A model generated the notes under the pieces. The model worked only from the letters and a program-made list of their open reading frames with translations. It was not told the origin of the DNA and made no database searches. The position numbers and the translations under genes were made by a program. A DNA stretch of 63,207 bases, filler included, from Choristocarpus tenellus KU-1152 (Eukaryota > Protista > Phaeophyceae): assembly GCA_964200185.2 (NCBI GenBank). It is 8 parts of 8 records of this genome, joined end to end, with 100 filler letters (N's around TTAATTAATTAA, not from the genome) between each part and the next. Parts side by side here need not be neighbours in the genome. Positions count along the whole stretch, not along the records: positions 48,131 to 52,465 come from CAXNAD020015061.1; positions 52,566 to 63,207 come from CAXNAD020002807.1; 6 more parts are not named here. One strand, written 5' to 3'. Shown piece by piece: positions 51,501 to 63,207 of the stretch (within the stretch, counting starts at the first letter, position 1; the number at the start of each line of letters is the position of its first letter).

Positions 51501-52598
51501 TGTATGCATGTATATATGTATGTATATATGTGTGTGTAAATGTGTGCACGGACAAATGGATGTGACACATCTGTAGTTGTATCTCTATGCCCTGATGTCC
51601 ACATGCCATACCAACATTCGAATATTAAAAGACGCACGCCGTCATCATCTTCTTAATACTGACATCTCCTCAACTTTTTCGGTTTCATCCGAGAGGGCTC
51701 TGTCCCTGTTTGTTTGCAAGAGACGCATGGAGATAAGAAGCGACTCATGGTTTTGTACATCTTGACCGTCCGCCCTGTGTTCGTCACGACTGCATTGGAC
51801 CTCCTCCGTTGAGCATCGGGATCACACACAGTTTTGTGGGGGTCGGGTTTTATTATTTTTCATTGGGAAGGCGTTTCTTGCATCGTCACTTTCGACGGTT
51901 TGACCGATTCGTAATTCGCCCGAGGATTTTTAGGGTATACCTCATAATGGGTTTTCACGAGACCCCCGGAAACCAGTCGTGGAAATCTTAGACTGTCCTT
52001 TTTGCAGTCTTTGTCCTAATACGCACCCCACAAACTATGTTTCCAAATTGTTTTAACTGTGGTCATCAACGGAGGAAGGATTTGAAACGAGCTATACAGC
52101 AGCAGTGGAAATCTACTTGTTTTTTGTTTTTTGTTTTTGTTTTTCTATTCCGTATGACCTTCACACTTTACAAAAAATAGTGTACAAATATATATATATA
52201 TATACGTATGTTTATGTTCTATTAAAAGTATCCAACGTTTGTTTACACCAACTCGACTCCAAATCGAAGCAGCCTTACGATCTAGCCCTAACCCTAAACC
52301 ATACCCTACTTACCGAGGACGACGTTTTCTATGCTATTGGTGTGCAGTCTACGTACGGATGTACAGCATTGTCCAATCAATCTCCCCCTTCCCCCCCCCC
52401 CCCCCCCCCCCCCCCTCCCTTTTTTCCCTTCTTCCACTTAACTACAACCCAACCCCCCCTCTTCCNNNNNNNNNNNNNNNNNNNNNNNNNNNNNNNNNNN
52501 NNNNNNNNNTTAATTAATTAANNNNNNNNNNNNNNNNNNNNNNNNNNNNNNNNNNNNNNNNNNNNTTTATTCAACCAATTTCTTAGAGAGCAGGCAAT

Positions 52599-52640
<42 letters not shown>

Positions 52641-53476
52641 CAAAAGTAAAAAAAAGATCTACAGCGCAATTTTTATTGTTCAGAGAATGCTTTCAAAGGC
52701 TAATTTGAAACTCTCCCTCTCCCCCACTCCCGAACCCTCCCCCCAAACAGTGTAAGTAGTTTCGCGTAACCTGTATTACATTCATTTTTTATCGAAGTCA
52801 TATCATACAACCGACTAAACCTTAACCCTACCCCAACACACACACTCATATATATATATATATATCATAGCGTCAGCTGAAAATGGGAAATTTTAAAACA
52901 TGTCAGGAGCCCCCCTGAAAAATGACCCCTATATAAATTAAACACCCCCCTCAAAAAGCCTACTACTACTACTATAGCATTCTCTTCCAGCAGTCAATAA
53001 AATAAAGCAATAATAAAAATAAATCAATAAAATAAAATAACACCGATAATAGCAATGACAATGTGGACAGGGCAGATCCCAATGGACGCCTTCGGTTGGA
53101 CATCCCCTTTTGAGAGTCCTGCCGGCAAGAGAGTCTATTTTTTTTTCCCGGATCATCGATTGCTCTTCACCATTGTCAGGCATCACTCAGGAGGAGGGGC
53201 TCCAAACTTGACCTGTGAGGGATCTATGTTAATCCTTGCCCTGTCTGGGCCCCTTTTTTTTTTTTCTTCTCTTTTTCCTTAGCGTCCCATGTCCACTGGG
53301 TCTCTGCGTCGTTTGATTTGGGTCTCAGGTGTCACTACTTGACCAAGACCTTTCTGCCTGGCGTTGGTGTTCTGCTTGGACGCCACGCAGTGGGTTGGAC
53401 GGAGTCTCCTTGTGCAGCTGGGTACAGGGCCATTTGTTTGGGGGTTTTGATTGGCTCACCTTTTGTTGGTGACCCT

Positions 53477-53508
<32 letters not shown>

Positions 53509-54220
53509 TTCGTCCCCGCTTTGTATGGACCCTCCACAGTAGAATTAGATGGGAGTTTCATTGTAATTGGCGGGGTGCGGTTCACGGTATGACTAGGAAG
53601 TGGTATGATTATATAAAAAGTTTCTCCGCCCCAAAAAAGAGTAATGGTCAAATATTTCGCACTTGAATCTATAGGAAGCGTTGTCCATCCGACAACACAC
53701 CCCCAAATCCCCAACCCTTCCAAACATCGGCTCTTTAAAAAAAACTGTGGTCCATGTGTTGATGACTTACATTTGCTGTACTATGTGGGGTGTACTTGAT
53801 GCAGAGGACAAAGTAAAAGCTGTGGCAAAGTAACAATGTGCCCATCAGTCAAGGTATTCTAAGAGGTCTCTCTTGCAAAACAGGTCTTGAAGTATATGGG
53901 CGCTAAAATGCAAACTGTTGATGAAGTGAGCATGAAGGCTTCGAACTCATGGAGGTTGGATGAAGGACACAACCAGGGTTCTTGCACCCTGGCATATCAT
54001 GCCTCCTGACGTGAAGGTGTACTGGGCGCAGAAGCACAGGTCCAGACACAAATGACTTTCCAATGTTTAAAAATTAATCGTGCGAGTCAAATTTCAAGTG
54101 CAATAATTTAATAACTGACACACCTGAAAGAGGGAACCACTTCTGACGTCTATCCTTACTGCCAACCCCTCTCACCCCAACTATCCTATTCCAGATCCTC
54201 ACTCTGCCCCAAAACCTCAC

Positions 54221-54767
54221 CTCTTATTGTATGTGGGCGCGCAAACTTGTAGACTGAGCTTAGCAGTTCCATAGCCCTAGTGCCAATCTCATTTCCCATC
54301 ACCTTCAATGCAGTTGCCACTTCCTTTTGCTCTTCAGCTGCTACCACAGGCTTCACCGGAACAGGCTCCACCTTGAATGCCTCTTCTTGAATTTCTTCCG
54401 TGGAGACCACTGCTGGTGCTTCTTCAACCTCTTGGTTTTCCCCAAACACCACTTTTTTCGCCAGTGCCAAAATCTCAGGTGGCACGTCCTTTTCCCACGA
54501 CACTGATGCATCTGCAGGTGGCACATCCTCTTCTAACGCCACTGATACATCTGACGAGCTGCTTGTGCCAAGCTTTGATCGCCGAGCTGCACCTTTCGCA
54601 TAGCTCACGGCATGCTCTTTTGGGTTTGATTCCTTCGAACTCATTTCACGCATTGCCTGGCGAGCTGCACCCTTCGCGTAGCCCACACTGCGCTTGTTTT
54701 GACTTGCCCCATCTGCACACATCTTATGCAGCATCTGACAGGGGGCAGGCACAGCACTGAGGTGAGG
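54221..54767 (-). CDS. HST: Homogentisate solanesyltransferase-like prenyltransferase (UbiA family), one N-terminal exon
   Basis: Exon ends LSSVYKFARPHTIRG followed by a GTGAG donor; FxRPHTIRG(T) is the first conserved motif of HST. Acceptor at 54767 or 54756; downstream exons not found before the contig edge. Confidence 0.75.
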
Positions 54768-55963
54768 CTATTGGAATGTACACCAAAGGACAAAGAGAGA
54801 GTCAAGAAAGTAATCGAAGGGAGACAGGGGGCGTTCGAGCATAGACCGGGGGGAGGGAATATGGCTAAAGCGAGAGAGCGAGGTACGAGTAAATATACCG
54901 AGAAGAGATAGCACATCGAGTAAGCACACGGGAGATTTACTCGAGTCGCAGGTGTTTCTCTTGATCTGTAGGCGGAACAGACTAGGGAAGATTCCAGAGA
55001 TCGATTCACTGGGATCACAACAGGAGATGCGCAACGGGAGTTCTTTCCTACCAGTTGTGGAAGTCTTCAATATATGACGGTAATGTCTACCACACGAGTG
55101 CCCGGTGGAAGATAACGGCACGGTAGGTTGAAAGAGACAACGGAGAGGAATTGTCTAAGAATCTACTAGGTACTGCGTGTGTAGTAGTCTCCTCTTGGTT
55201 TCCTCACTACAATGGTCCACCCCTGACCTCAAGTCAGCACTGGGCGACCCAACCACTGAAGGTCTCGTCTCTTGCAGAAACCGTACCTCATGACGAGGCT
55301 CTAGAAGGTTTGGTCCAATGATTGAGGTTGATGCCTTCTTGAGATAAGAACAATGCACATTAAGTCCTCTTGGGTCCACAGGTGCACCAGACCAACCTGA
55401 CAACCATATGGGGACACGACACGTCAGGGTTCGCAACAGAGAATAAAGGAGGAGCGTAAAAGCCAAGAAAAGCACTAAAGAGACAAAAGTTGGCAAGGAA
55501 TGCCAGCTTGATCCATCGGTTTCACCGATGAGATCCAGCCAGAGAGATTATGCCCCCGTCTATTGTCAAAAATTCACACATGTTACATGCAACGTAAGAT
55601 AGGTTTACCGCAAGGACAAAGCTCACCCTTCGTCAATCTGGATGTCGGTGAGGCGACAAACAGTGACAACGCACTATGCGCTCCCAGCAACACTGCTACT
55701 CCCATGGACGGGAACGGGCGGCACCTCCCCATCGTGCCGTTTGTCAGAGTGTGCAGTATGGACTTACCTCATTCCTTCGTGCATATATCGTTGAACACGA
55801 CAAACCGTATATTTGTTTTTGTGCACCGTACAATACGTCGCCGTACGATTAGATGTTGGAGAAACCTGGAGGAAGAACGGTACTACAATATTTTCTGTTG
55901 ATGTAATCTGAAAGAATTGGCAATAGAACACACATCTCTATTCCAACCCAACATTTGACAACC

Positions 55964-57469
55964 ATGACTGACACAATAGAGGATAGCGAGGTGCCCTACG
56001 TAGACGCAGGGAATGTCTCTGGTGATTGGTACGACCAATCTGCCTCGGACTTCCCTGTGGATGGATTCGTCGGTCTACAAGCTAAAATCCAGGTGAAAAC
56101 CAGAGGGTCAAAGGGTTCATTACATGGTTTGGTTGAGAAGAGACACTTGATCCTCACTTCAGTTGCCAGTTGTTTGCTCTTCTTGAGACATAACCTTGAC
56201 AAATTCATGTACCGGTCTAAGGTGAATGAATCCTTGTTTTTTTCCCGTTGTAGTTGAACGTGACACATTCAGACCTTGAGCAAATACATTTCTTGTGAAT
56301 CTCCCCCCACCTCTTTCTGTCCTAATTGAATAATGGGTGCGTAAAAGCTAGAACTTTTGTATAGCTCCTAGAGTATTTCCTAACCTACGACTACTCGCTG
56401 CACCCCATTCATCTCCAGAAAGTATTGAAGCCGGCAATATGGTTGCCTGGATTGAGGTACCCCCACAATTGGCGTGAAACGTGGAATGTTGCTGGATCAT
56501 TGAGCCCAGATGCGGTTCTAAAGGACGTGGGTCATGCAATGGAAAAAATGAAGGTAGTGGACGAAGGCGAGGCGGGCTTCCTATTTCATCTTGAAGGTCT
56601 AAAATACTCCGCCTCAGATGAAAGTGGTCGCGCATGGATGGTCATACTCACCAAGAACCGCTGGATGGATATCGTAGAGATCAACGTTCACAAGAAGACT
56701 GGAGGTTCCGAGGTCGAGATTGAAGCCCACGGGTAAGACTAACCACCTCTCCTGAAAATGCTGTCACTTTGATAAGACCTGGACGAAGTGTCAACATGTA
56801 CATACTGCCAAGGATTTAAGATTCTTTCTACCTTGCTGGAACACCCCAACCATCCCCTTTCCACAGTACACCACGAAACGTATGCCCCCCTCTGTTTTCA
56901 AACTTAAACCATCTGTTGCACCCACCGAGAAGATACTAGCACCCAACCACTCCTCTCAGACTAATGAATTTCTGTTTGCTCCGTATTACGTTCTGTACAA
57001 TACTGCTTGAGTTCAGGGCCTCTCTGAAGCCCACGCTCGGCGTCTTACCATAAAACGTGAAAATTCATTCCCTTCTGTTTGGACCTACCTGTAGAGAAGA
57101 TTGTTCATATTTCTGCTCCCCCTTTTCAAACTTCACCTCGTCAAATTCGTCTCAGACTGTAATTTCCCCTCTCTCATCTCTTCTCTTGCACTTCGCCCTC
57201 ATAGAATACCTCCCCCCCCCCCCCCATATATACAATACTGAAGACCACAATTCACCTGAGCATGTGTGCTTGCCTTTTTTTTCTTTCACAGGTACAGCAC
57301 TGGCCTCCTGCCCCTGTGCATTCCAGGGGCTGTCCTATTGAATGTGGTGCTCTGTTTTTTTCCTTTTTCAGATAGACAAATCATTGGAAAGGAATGGATG
57401 CCCATGTTGCGAAAGCATATGGATTTTGAAGTCACACGTGTTGATGGATCAGCACACTACCAATGCTGA
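55964..57469 (+). CDS. Complete 3-exon gene, 206-aa uncharacterised protein (DUF1499-like)
   Basis: Exons 55964-56092, 56419-56732, 57292-57469; GT-AG, in phase, ATG to TGA. Motif ILTKNRWMDIVEI...AHGYSTGLLPLCIPGAVLLNVVLCFFPFSD with one hydrophobic segment; family assignment is tentative. Confidence 0.8.
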
Positions 57470-59770
57470 GAGGGATTGCATTTCCATCCACCCTTTATCA
57501 CAATTGGGGAATCAAAAGGGAGAGTTCTAAGAGTAAAACGGGGTGGGGCGGGCGGGGGGGGGGGGGAAAGAGGTGTAAATCTAGCCCGAGTGCACATATT
57601 TAATTGCATGTTTGTATTTTTTTTTCAAACCTGGAGCGAGACTTAAGTGTGCCGCAATCCACTGTTCTTGACCTGGGATACATTGCTTCAGTCAAGAGTG
57701 AATTGGAAATCAAGGACCATGGACTCAAACCCCAACCTTGGGTCATATGGTGTTGGATGAGGCCCTGGGACATGTCTAGTGGTCATGTGGTAGAGTCTTG
57801 GCGTAAGAGGGTGAATTTCTTGCTCAGGTTAGCGGAGTTGCTGACTTGATATCTGTGCATTGTTGTACGTTATGTTGTTTTCTTGATACTTAGGAGGCGG
57901 ATCACGGGGTACAGGGAGCACCTAGTGTTATTTTACCACAGTAACAGGTGTTCAGACTTTCCTAGCCCTATCCCCAGCCCCAAAACATTCCCAAAACTGT
58001 ACATAGTCCAGCCGTGGGTGTCTACTGCTTGTGGTCGGATGGAATAGCTCTAGGAAGTATATCTTGCGGGTGCATCTCTAGCACCTCATGCACTATATAT
58101 ATGTAAGCTGGGGATTGAAGGTGACAAAAGAGGGGAGGGATGTTTAGGTTATGTAGACCTCCTACAAGAAGAGAAACTGTGCCAGACAGTGGTCTGCAGT
58201 AGAAAAGAGGTGGGAGGGATGAAGAGAGAGAGAGAGAGATTGTCCTTTCATTTTGTGTGTTTGTTCAGTCGGTGTTAGTAGATGTCTACAACATTGTCAT
58301 TTTTATTTTTTTGTCATTTTGTTGTGTTTTGGAGTTTTGATATTTTGACCAGTCACACAATAATGCCCTTAAAATCCCTAGAATGGTACCTTGCATTGCC
58401 CATTATTATTAGCCTCTTTTTTGTTCATTGCTAAGTATTTTGGTTTTTTGTCCCTCTTGGATCAAGGTAAGAGAATTTTATGGGATCTTTCTTCTTGCTC
58501 AGTGACCTACCTGTTTTTTTTGTTCCATCTGTCCAGGGGTGCTGTAACAGCTACCAGAAGACTTCCATTGATAGGGTAGATAGAAGCAACACAAGAAAGT
58601 GTGAACTAAGAATGATCCATTAGTTCCTAACGCTCTACTTAAGTGGCCAGCACTTCGTTCTGTTTCTTAGGCATGCCATGCTCTGGATTTGCCAATTTTT
58701 TGTGGGTTTTATAACGCAATGTATTTCTACATCCAAACCTGGAGATTCATGAAAAGGGTCTATCCAGGGCAAGCTCAACACTTCACACCCTTTTTAGGGA
58801 AGCGAGCAGAGCACCCTCCTGCATACGCATTGGGCTAGCAATCTCTGAACTCATCAAGCACTGTACTACTACTACAATGCAGGATGGTAACATACAGCAG
58901 TACCTACTATTGAGCCAAGCAGATTGAGAGGTCGGCAGGTTTGGACTATAAACTCGAACCTTACCCAAAGTGATGCACATGCAAGCAAGGTGCTACGAAG
59001 CTCTGAGCGCCACGAGATGCCACGAGAGAAAAAAGAAGAAGAACGAGGGTGCTGTAAATCGTTGCTTTTGAAAAGAATTGCTAAGGTTCACAACTGATTA
59101 GTATTTGGACATGCACAAGGTAGTACGGCTTGTATTCTTGAGGATTGAGACTACTACATCATCCCAACTAGGTGAGTTTACTCTGCGCTGAAATACACCT
59201 TCACTTCGGTCCACATCTCAGCAGCAAAAATGCTCTGTTGATGATGGCATAGTTTTGGCATTGTTTGCGCACTGAGAGATCCAAGGAAGTAGCATTGGAG
59301 TATGACCGAGCCATATCATAAGCGAAAGGGTGACTTGAGTCTCCTTTGAGTGAGTTTTTATTGTTGCGGGTGGCGTGTGGTGAAATCTACTTGCATGAGA
59401 GGCCCCTCACTATATGTAAGCGAACTCACGATATTACAACTTGTGGAAAGTATGGCAATGACAGAGGGTGCAGTCCACACAATCAACTCCACTAGCATAA
59501 ACCTACTGAGTGGACGTGGTGAATCCTCGTTGAGAGTAGAGAGGGATGTCTCTTGTGTTTATAAATGGTGTACATCTGATATCGCTACAATATTTAGATA
59601 TCAATTGCATAATGTGGACGACACGTCATCATGCGCTAATTTGATACAAAATCTGTTGCTCTCAGTGTCACGCATTCCTTTCACACATCGAGAATTGCAA
59701 GGCTAGCGTGTTCTACTGAATCATTGGGTGCTTCTAAGTAATAGCCTTACAAGCATATACTCCGATTTAT

Positions 59771-61970
59771 TCAATAGTCTTCTGTTGACCCTTGGAAGAG
59801 ACCCCGAACAGACAAACACACTTCTTCCCCCTCTTGCTGTGCCTGCTGCAACAGGATGCTTGACGCTTCTATCGTAGAGTCGACACCCCCAGCACTGGGT
59901 CCCCTAATCTCCTCTATTGTGAGCGTGCCATCGAGATACTGTCGAATTTCCTCGTTCAGAGCGTTCTTTTTGCACTCCCATAGTTCTTCGGGTGGAACGC
60001 CCTGAATAGGATAAGGGCATACAGCGAGAAAGAGAGGTTGAAAGTTATCACATATGGAAGAAATTTTGAAAAAAGTGGTGATGTGTGTGCCAAGTAGGTA
60101 TGTACGTATGTATGTATATTTTATGTTACTATCATCTCGCAAGCAACCGCTACCTCGAACTCTCCTGAGCCCTAAAACCATGGTCATAGGCCCTATTAAC
60201 TGTACTGCTTCTCACGGATCATGAAATGACCTTTGCTCAATGAGTAGTTGCACTCGCCCTTTGCACGCCTTGCTTATTTCTTGTACACTGGGCTTACTCA
60301 TCTCATCACCGCCTGTCGCCCGAACCTCCTCCCTCAAATCTTGTGTAGCAATTGCCAGTCTGCAACTATGTGCCTTGCCAGCACCATTATTCAGGCTTTT
60401 CAATTCTTTTTTGGTTTATTGGCAAAACTAGAAGGTACACGTTGAGCCTTTCCATTGTGCTTCCGATGTGGTCCATGGGCCTGTGCCAAATCAAGCATCC
60501 TCATAGCTCAGTTGGTCAATGGAGGGAGTTTTGATCATGGAGTTTGTGTTTTCAAACCCCATCGATGCAAGGCGTGATTTGCTTGCAGGTCTGGTTTTGA
60601 TTCTCCTAGGTCCATGTGGCAAGACTGCAGATTGTACACCCCTAGTGCCCTACCTACTTCCTGCACTACAGAACACCAAACCCAGAACAAGTTGGCAAGG
60701 GTTCACTGCCAAGGTGGACCCAGCACGAATTTTCAAGGGAGAAAGCAGAGCGACGAGTGGTTGGATCACTGAACCCCACACACAAGAAGCAAGGCATAAA
60801 AGGAGGCGGTGCAAATAGCCATATAGTGCAACCTACCGTTGCACTAGTAGTTAGTACAAGAGAGTAATGTAGAGTGCAGTACGTGCCTCTGACCACAGGT
60901 TGGGATAGTCCCTAAAGTCCAAAAAAAGAAATAATAATAATAATAATAATAATAACCGAAACCAAGTTTTCCTTTGAAGAAATCTGACCTTGACATCTCT
61001 CTGACCCATGGATTCAAATGAAGGAAGGTGTTAGTGCTACTATATTATTGTGTTTAGCAAATCATACACTGTATTGTCTACTTACAGTCCAAAGTATCTG
61101 GGGTGGGTGAGGGAGGGAGAGGGGGTGTCTTCACCAGAGTGTCCATTTGGGCCCTGATCAAGAAAATTGCACTTACATTATCCATTACACACATGCTGCC
61201 AAATCACCTAAAAATTGCAACATGGAAAAATTGATCCCAAATGGATATCTGCCACGCCCCCCAGATTCTTTGAGCCTATAAGGACGCTCCAAAAAAGGGG
61301 TTGAGAATGTGGGTGTCGATTGCACTATTTCTTCCACACTAATGAAGAATTGTGCAAATTAAGCTAACCCCCCATGTGCGTTAGTGATCACAATGTAATT
61401 TCTTCTGAATGTACCACGTAGTATGTGTGATGGATGTCCATGTATGCATATACTTTAGAGTACTAGAATGGATTATGTATGCCTAGACCGAGGAGACTCT
61501 GGGCGTATAGCGTTCCTTGCCACATTTTCAATCTTTTTGCAATCCGTGGTTATTTCTATGGATTGCGTTCTGATATTCACTCCAGAGCATTCGTTCCTCT
61601 TATCACTTGAAAATTTATTACAGAATTAAGAAAATTCACTGTACATGGTTGTACAAAAACACATCTTTTTGAGCACTCTTCAGCCTCCTTATAGTGCAAC
61701 CCTGGGCACCTCTCGTTTGCTTTGGCTCTCTTACCAAATAACTCTTGCTGATGGGAAGACCAAATGATTACAATGTCTGCCTGGTGTAGCAGACCCTCTA
61801 TAAAAAAAGGTGCTACAAAGAGGCCTCACCTCGGCAGTGCCATAAACACTGGTGAGCAAAAGGTGCACAGCCTCAATGTGTCCACAAAGACAAGCATAGT
61901 AGAGGGACTTCCTTCCAAACTCATCAGTGCCTAGAAGGGTTTGGCTTTGGTCCCACCTGACTGCCACCTC
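59771..61970 (-). CDS. Ankyrin-repeat protein resembling the ABTB1 N-terminus, last two exons
   Basis: Exons 61970-61830 (DEFGRKSLYYACLCGHIEAVHLLL) and 60001-59771 (GVPPEELWECKKNALNEEIRQYL...DY*) join in phase; 5' exons not resolved. Confidence 0.7.
61086..61276. mobile_element. MITE family A, full copy in the ankyrin gene intron
   Basis: GTCCAAAGTATCTGGGG...CCAGATTCTTTGAGCC; flanks TACA/TATA. Confidence 0.85.
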
Positions 61971-62718
61971 CTGAGAGAGTAAATGTAAGGATGATATCCT
62001 GAGGTGATGAGAGAGGAGCTGCGAATGTGGGAGCACTCATACCAGGGTCAAGTGCTAACTGAGTGTGATTAGTTAGAAGCACACAGAGCACTCAGAATTG
62101 ACTGCTTTTGTCTTACCGATATATTTTTTTTACTTTGGGAATACCAGAACTTTGTACATGTCCTCATCTCTTCCATGGGTATGTCAAATGTACTTAGGTT
62201 TAGGGTTAGACCTCTGATATGACCCTTCCTTCCAATACAGTAGCCACGACCTCTGGGGCAGAGTTCAAGATAGGTTTGCGGCTGCGTGTTCGGGGCGGTT
62301 ACGACCTTGCAAGAAACCATCGAAGGAGTATGTCAAGTTACTTACGCCTTTGCCCCCCAAAAGCTTAAAATTGTTGTAAGGACACAACACTCCGCCCACT
62401 TGAAGACCTTTTTTTTTTGTGCATGAATTAGAATTTCCTCTAGTATTCTAATTGTGCACGTTGGGCCAAGCCACAGCACCCTCTATCGGCAACAGCGGTC
62501 TGAAGTTAGAACTCGGAGCTGCATGCATGAAGGTCACCTATGCCATACCCCGATGCATCTCCTGCTTGTGGGGATAGAACATTTTAGCTTGGACTACTGT
62601 TGGCACTACTGGTTGGTTAAGTTGTTTCTCATCTTCCAGACAAGAGTGTCATGCAACTGAGGAGGCAGTGTGTGTTTATGCTTGCGTCCAAAGAGTGCTG
62701 GAGCAGCGTATGTGAGCA

Positions 62719-62898
62719 GGCTCAACGTATCTGGGGGAGGGTGGCGACTGTCTATTTGGGGTCAATTTTTTCATGTCGCGATTTCTGGGTGATTTGGTTG
62801 CACACGTCGGATGGATAATGTAAGTACAGTTTTCCTGGTTTTGACCCAAATGGACACCCTGGTGTAGACCGCCCCCGCCCCCCCAGATACTTAGGGAC
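62719..62898. mobile_element. MITE family A, full copy (another terminus at 63178-63207)
   Basis: GGCTCAACGTATCT...AGATACTTAGGGAC; flanks AGCA/AGCG. Confidence 0.88.
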
Positions 62899-63207
62899 AG
62901 CGCTGCAAAGCCTCCAGCAATTCCCAGCGAGATCATGCAACTCACTGCATAGCAGCATGGACAACCGCGATCGATTGAGCAAACAGTTGTAGCAGTGAAT
63001 GTGTAGGAGGGGAGAGAGTGATTGACCACTGATCTCCGGGAGGGGCTTCTAAGAGTCTCACACATGGAGATATCTGTTGTTGTTCAAACATTTGGAGCGG
63101 TCCTAATAATTGCACTCTACTTTAACTACTACTACTGAAGTATGTTGTAAATACTTGTACGAGTGGTATCCGACAAAGGCTCGAAGTATCTTGGGGGGGT
63201 GGGGGGG

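Noticed and set aside
26212-54767. Plastid pigment/quinone gene cluster (chlH plus HST)
   Set aside because: The genes are on different contigs separated by four linkers, so adjacency is an artefact

Overview
Eukaryotic, intron-rich nuclear DNA from a photosynthetic organism, most likely an ochrophyte (brown-alga-like). This is inferred from the nuclear 17+-exon chlH, TTAGGG-type repeats and an AF plastid-targeting-like motif. The window is not one locus: it is 8 contigs joined by seven artificial 100-nt linkers (N44-TTAATTAATTAA-N44), so gene neighbourhood across linkers has no meaning. Most ORF-track entries are spurious; the real genes are spliced and were rebuilt by hand from GT-AG junctions with phase checks. 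They are: the 3' part of a C2+DysF-domain gene, a complete 4-exon RPA34-like (RNA polymerase I A34.5) gene, the 3' end of an RG-tail gene, the 3' part of Mg-chelatase H (chlH), one exon of a probable plastid-targeted protein, an exon of homogentisate solanesyltransferase, a complete 3-exon DUF1499-like gene, and an ABTB1-like ankyrin gene. Intergenic and intronic DNA holds a dead DD40D mariner-like transposase, an HNH-nuclease-like remnant, minisatellites and scattered telomere-like repeats. It also holds about 19 copies of two MITE families. The most novel signal is that the two families, with unrelated interiors, share a bipartite end design: a terminal AAAGTATCT box plus an inner TGTCCATTTGGGG box, with a short (~15-17 nt) spacer at one end and a long (~25-28 nt) spacer at the other, flanked by 3- or 4-bp duplications. 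No CRISPR, rRNA or tRNA was recognised.
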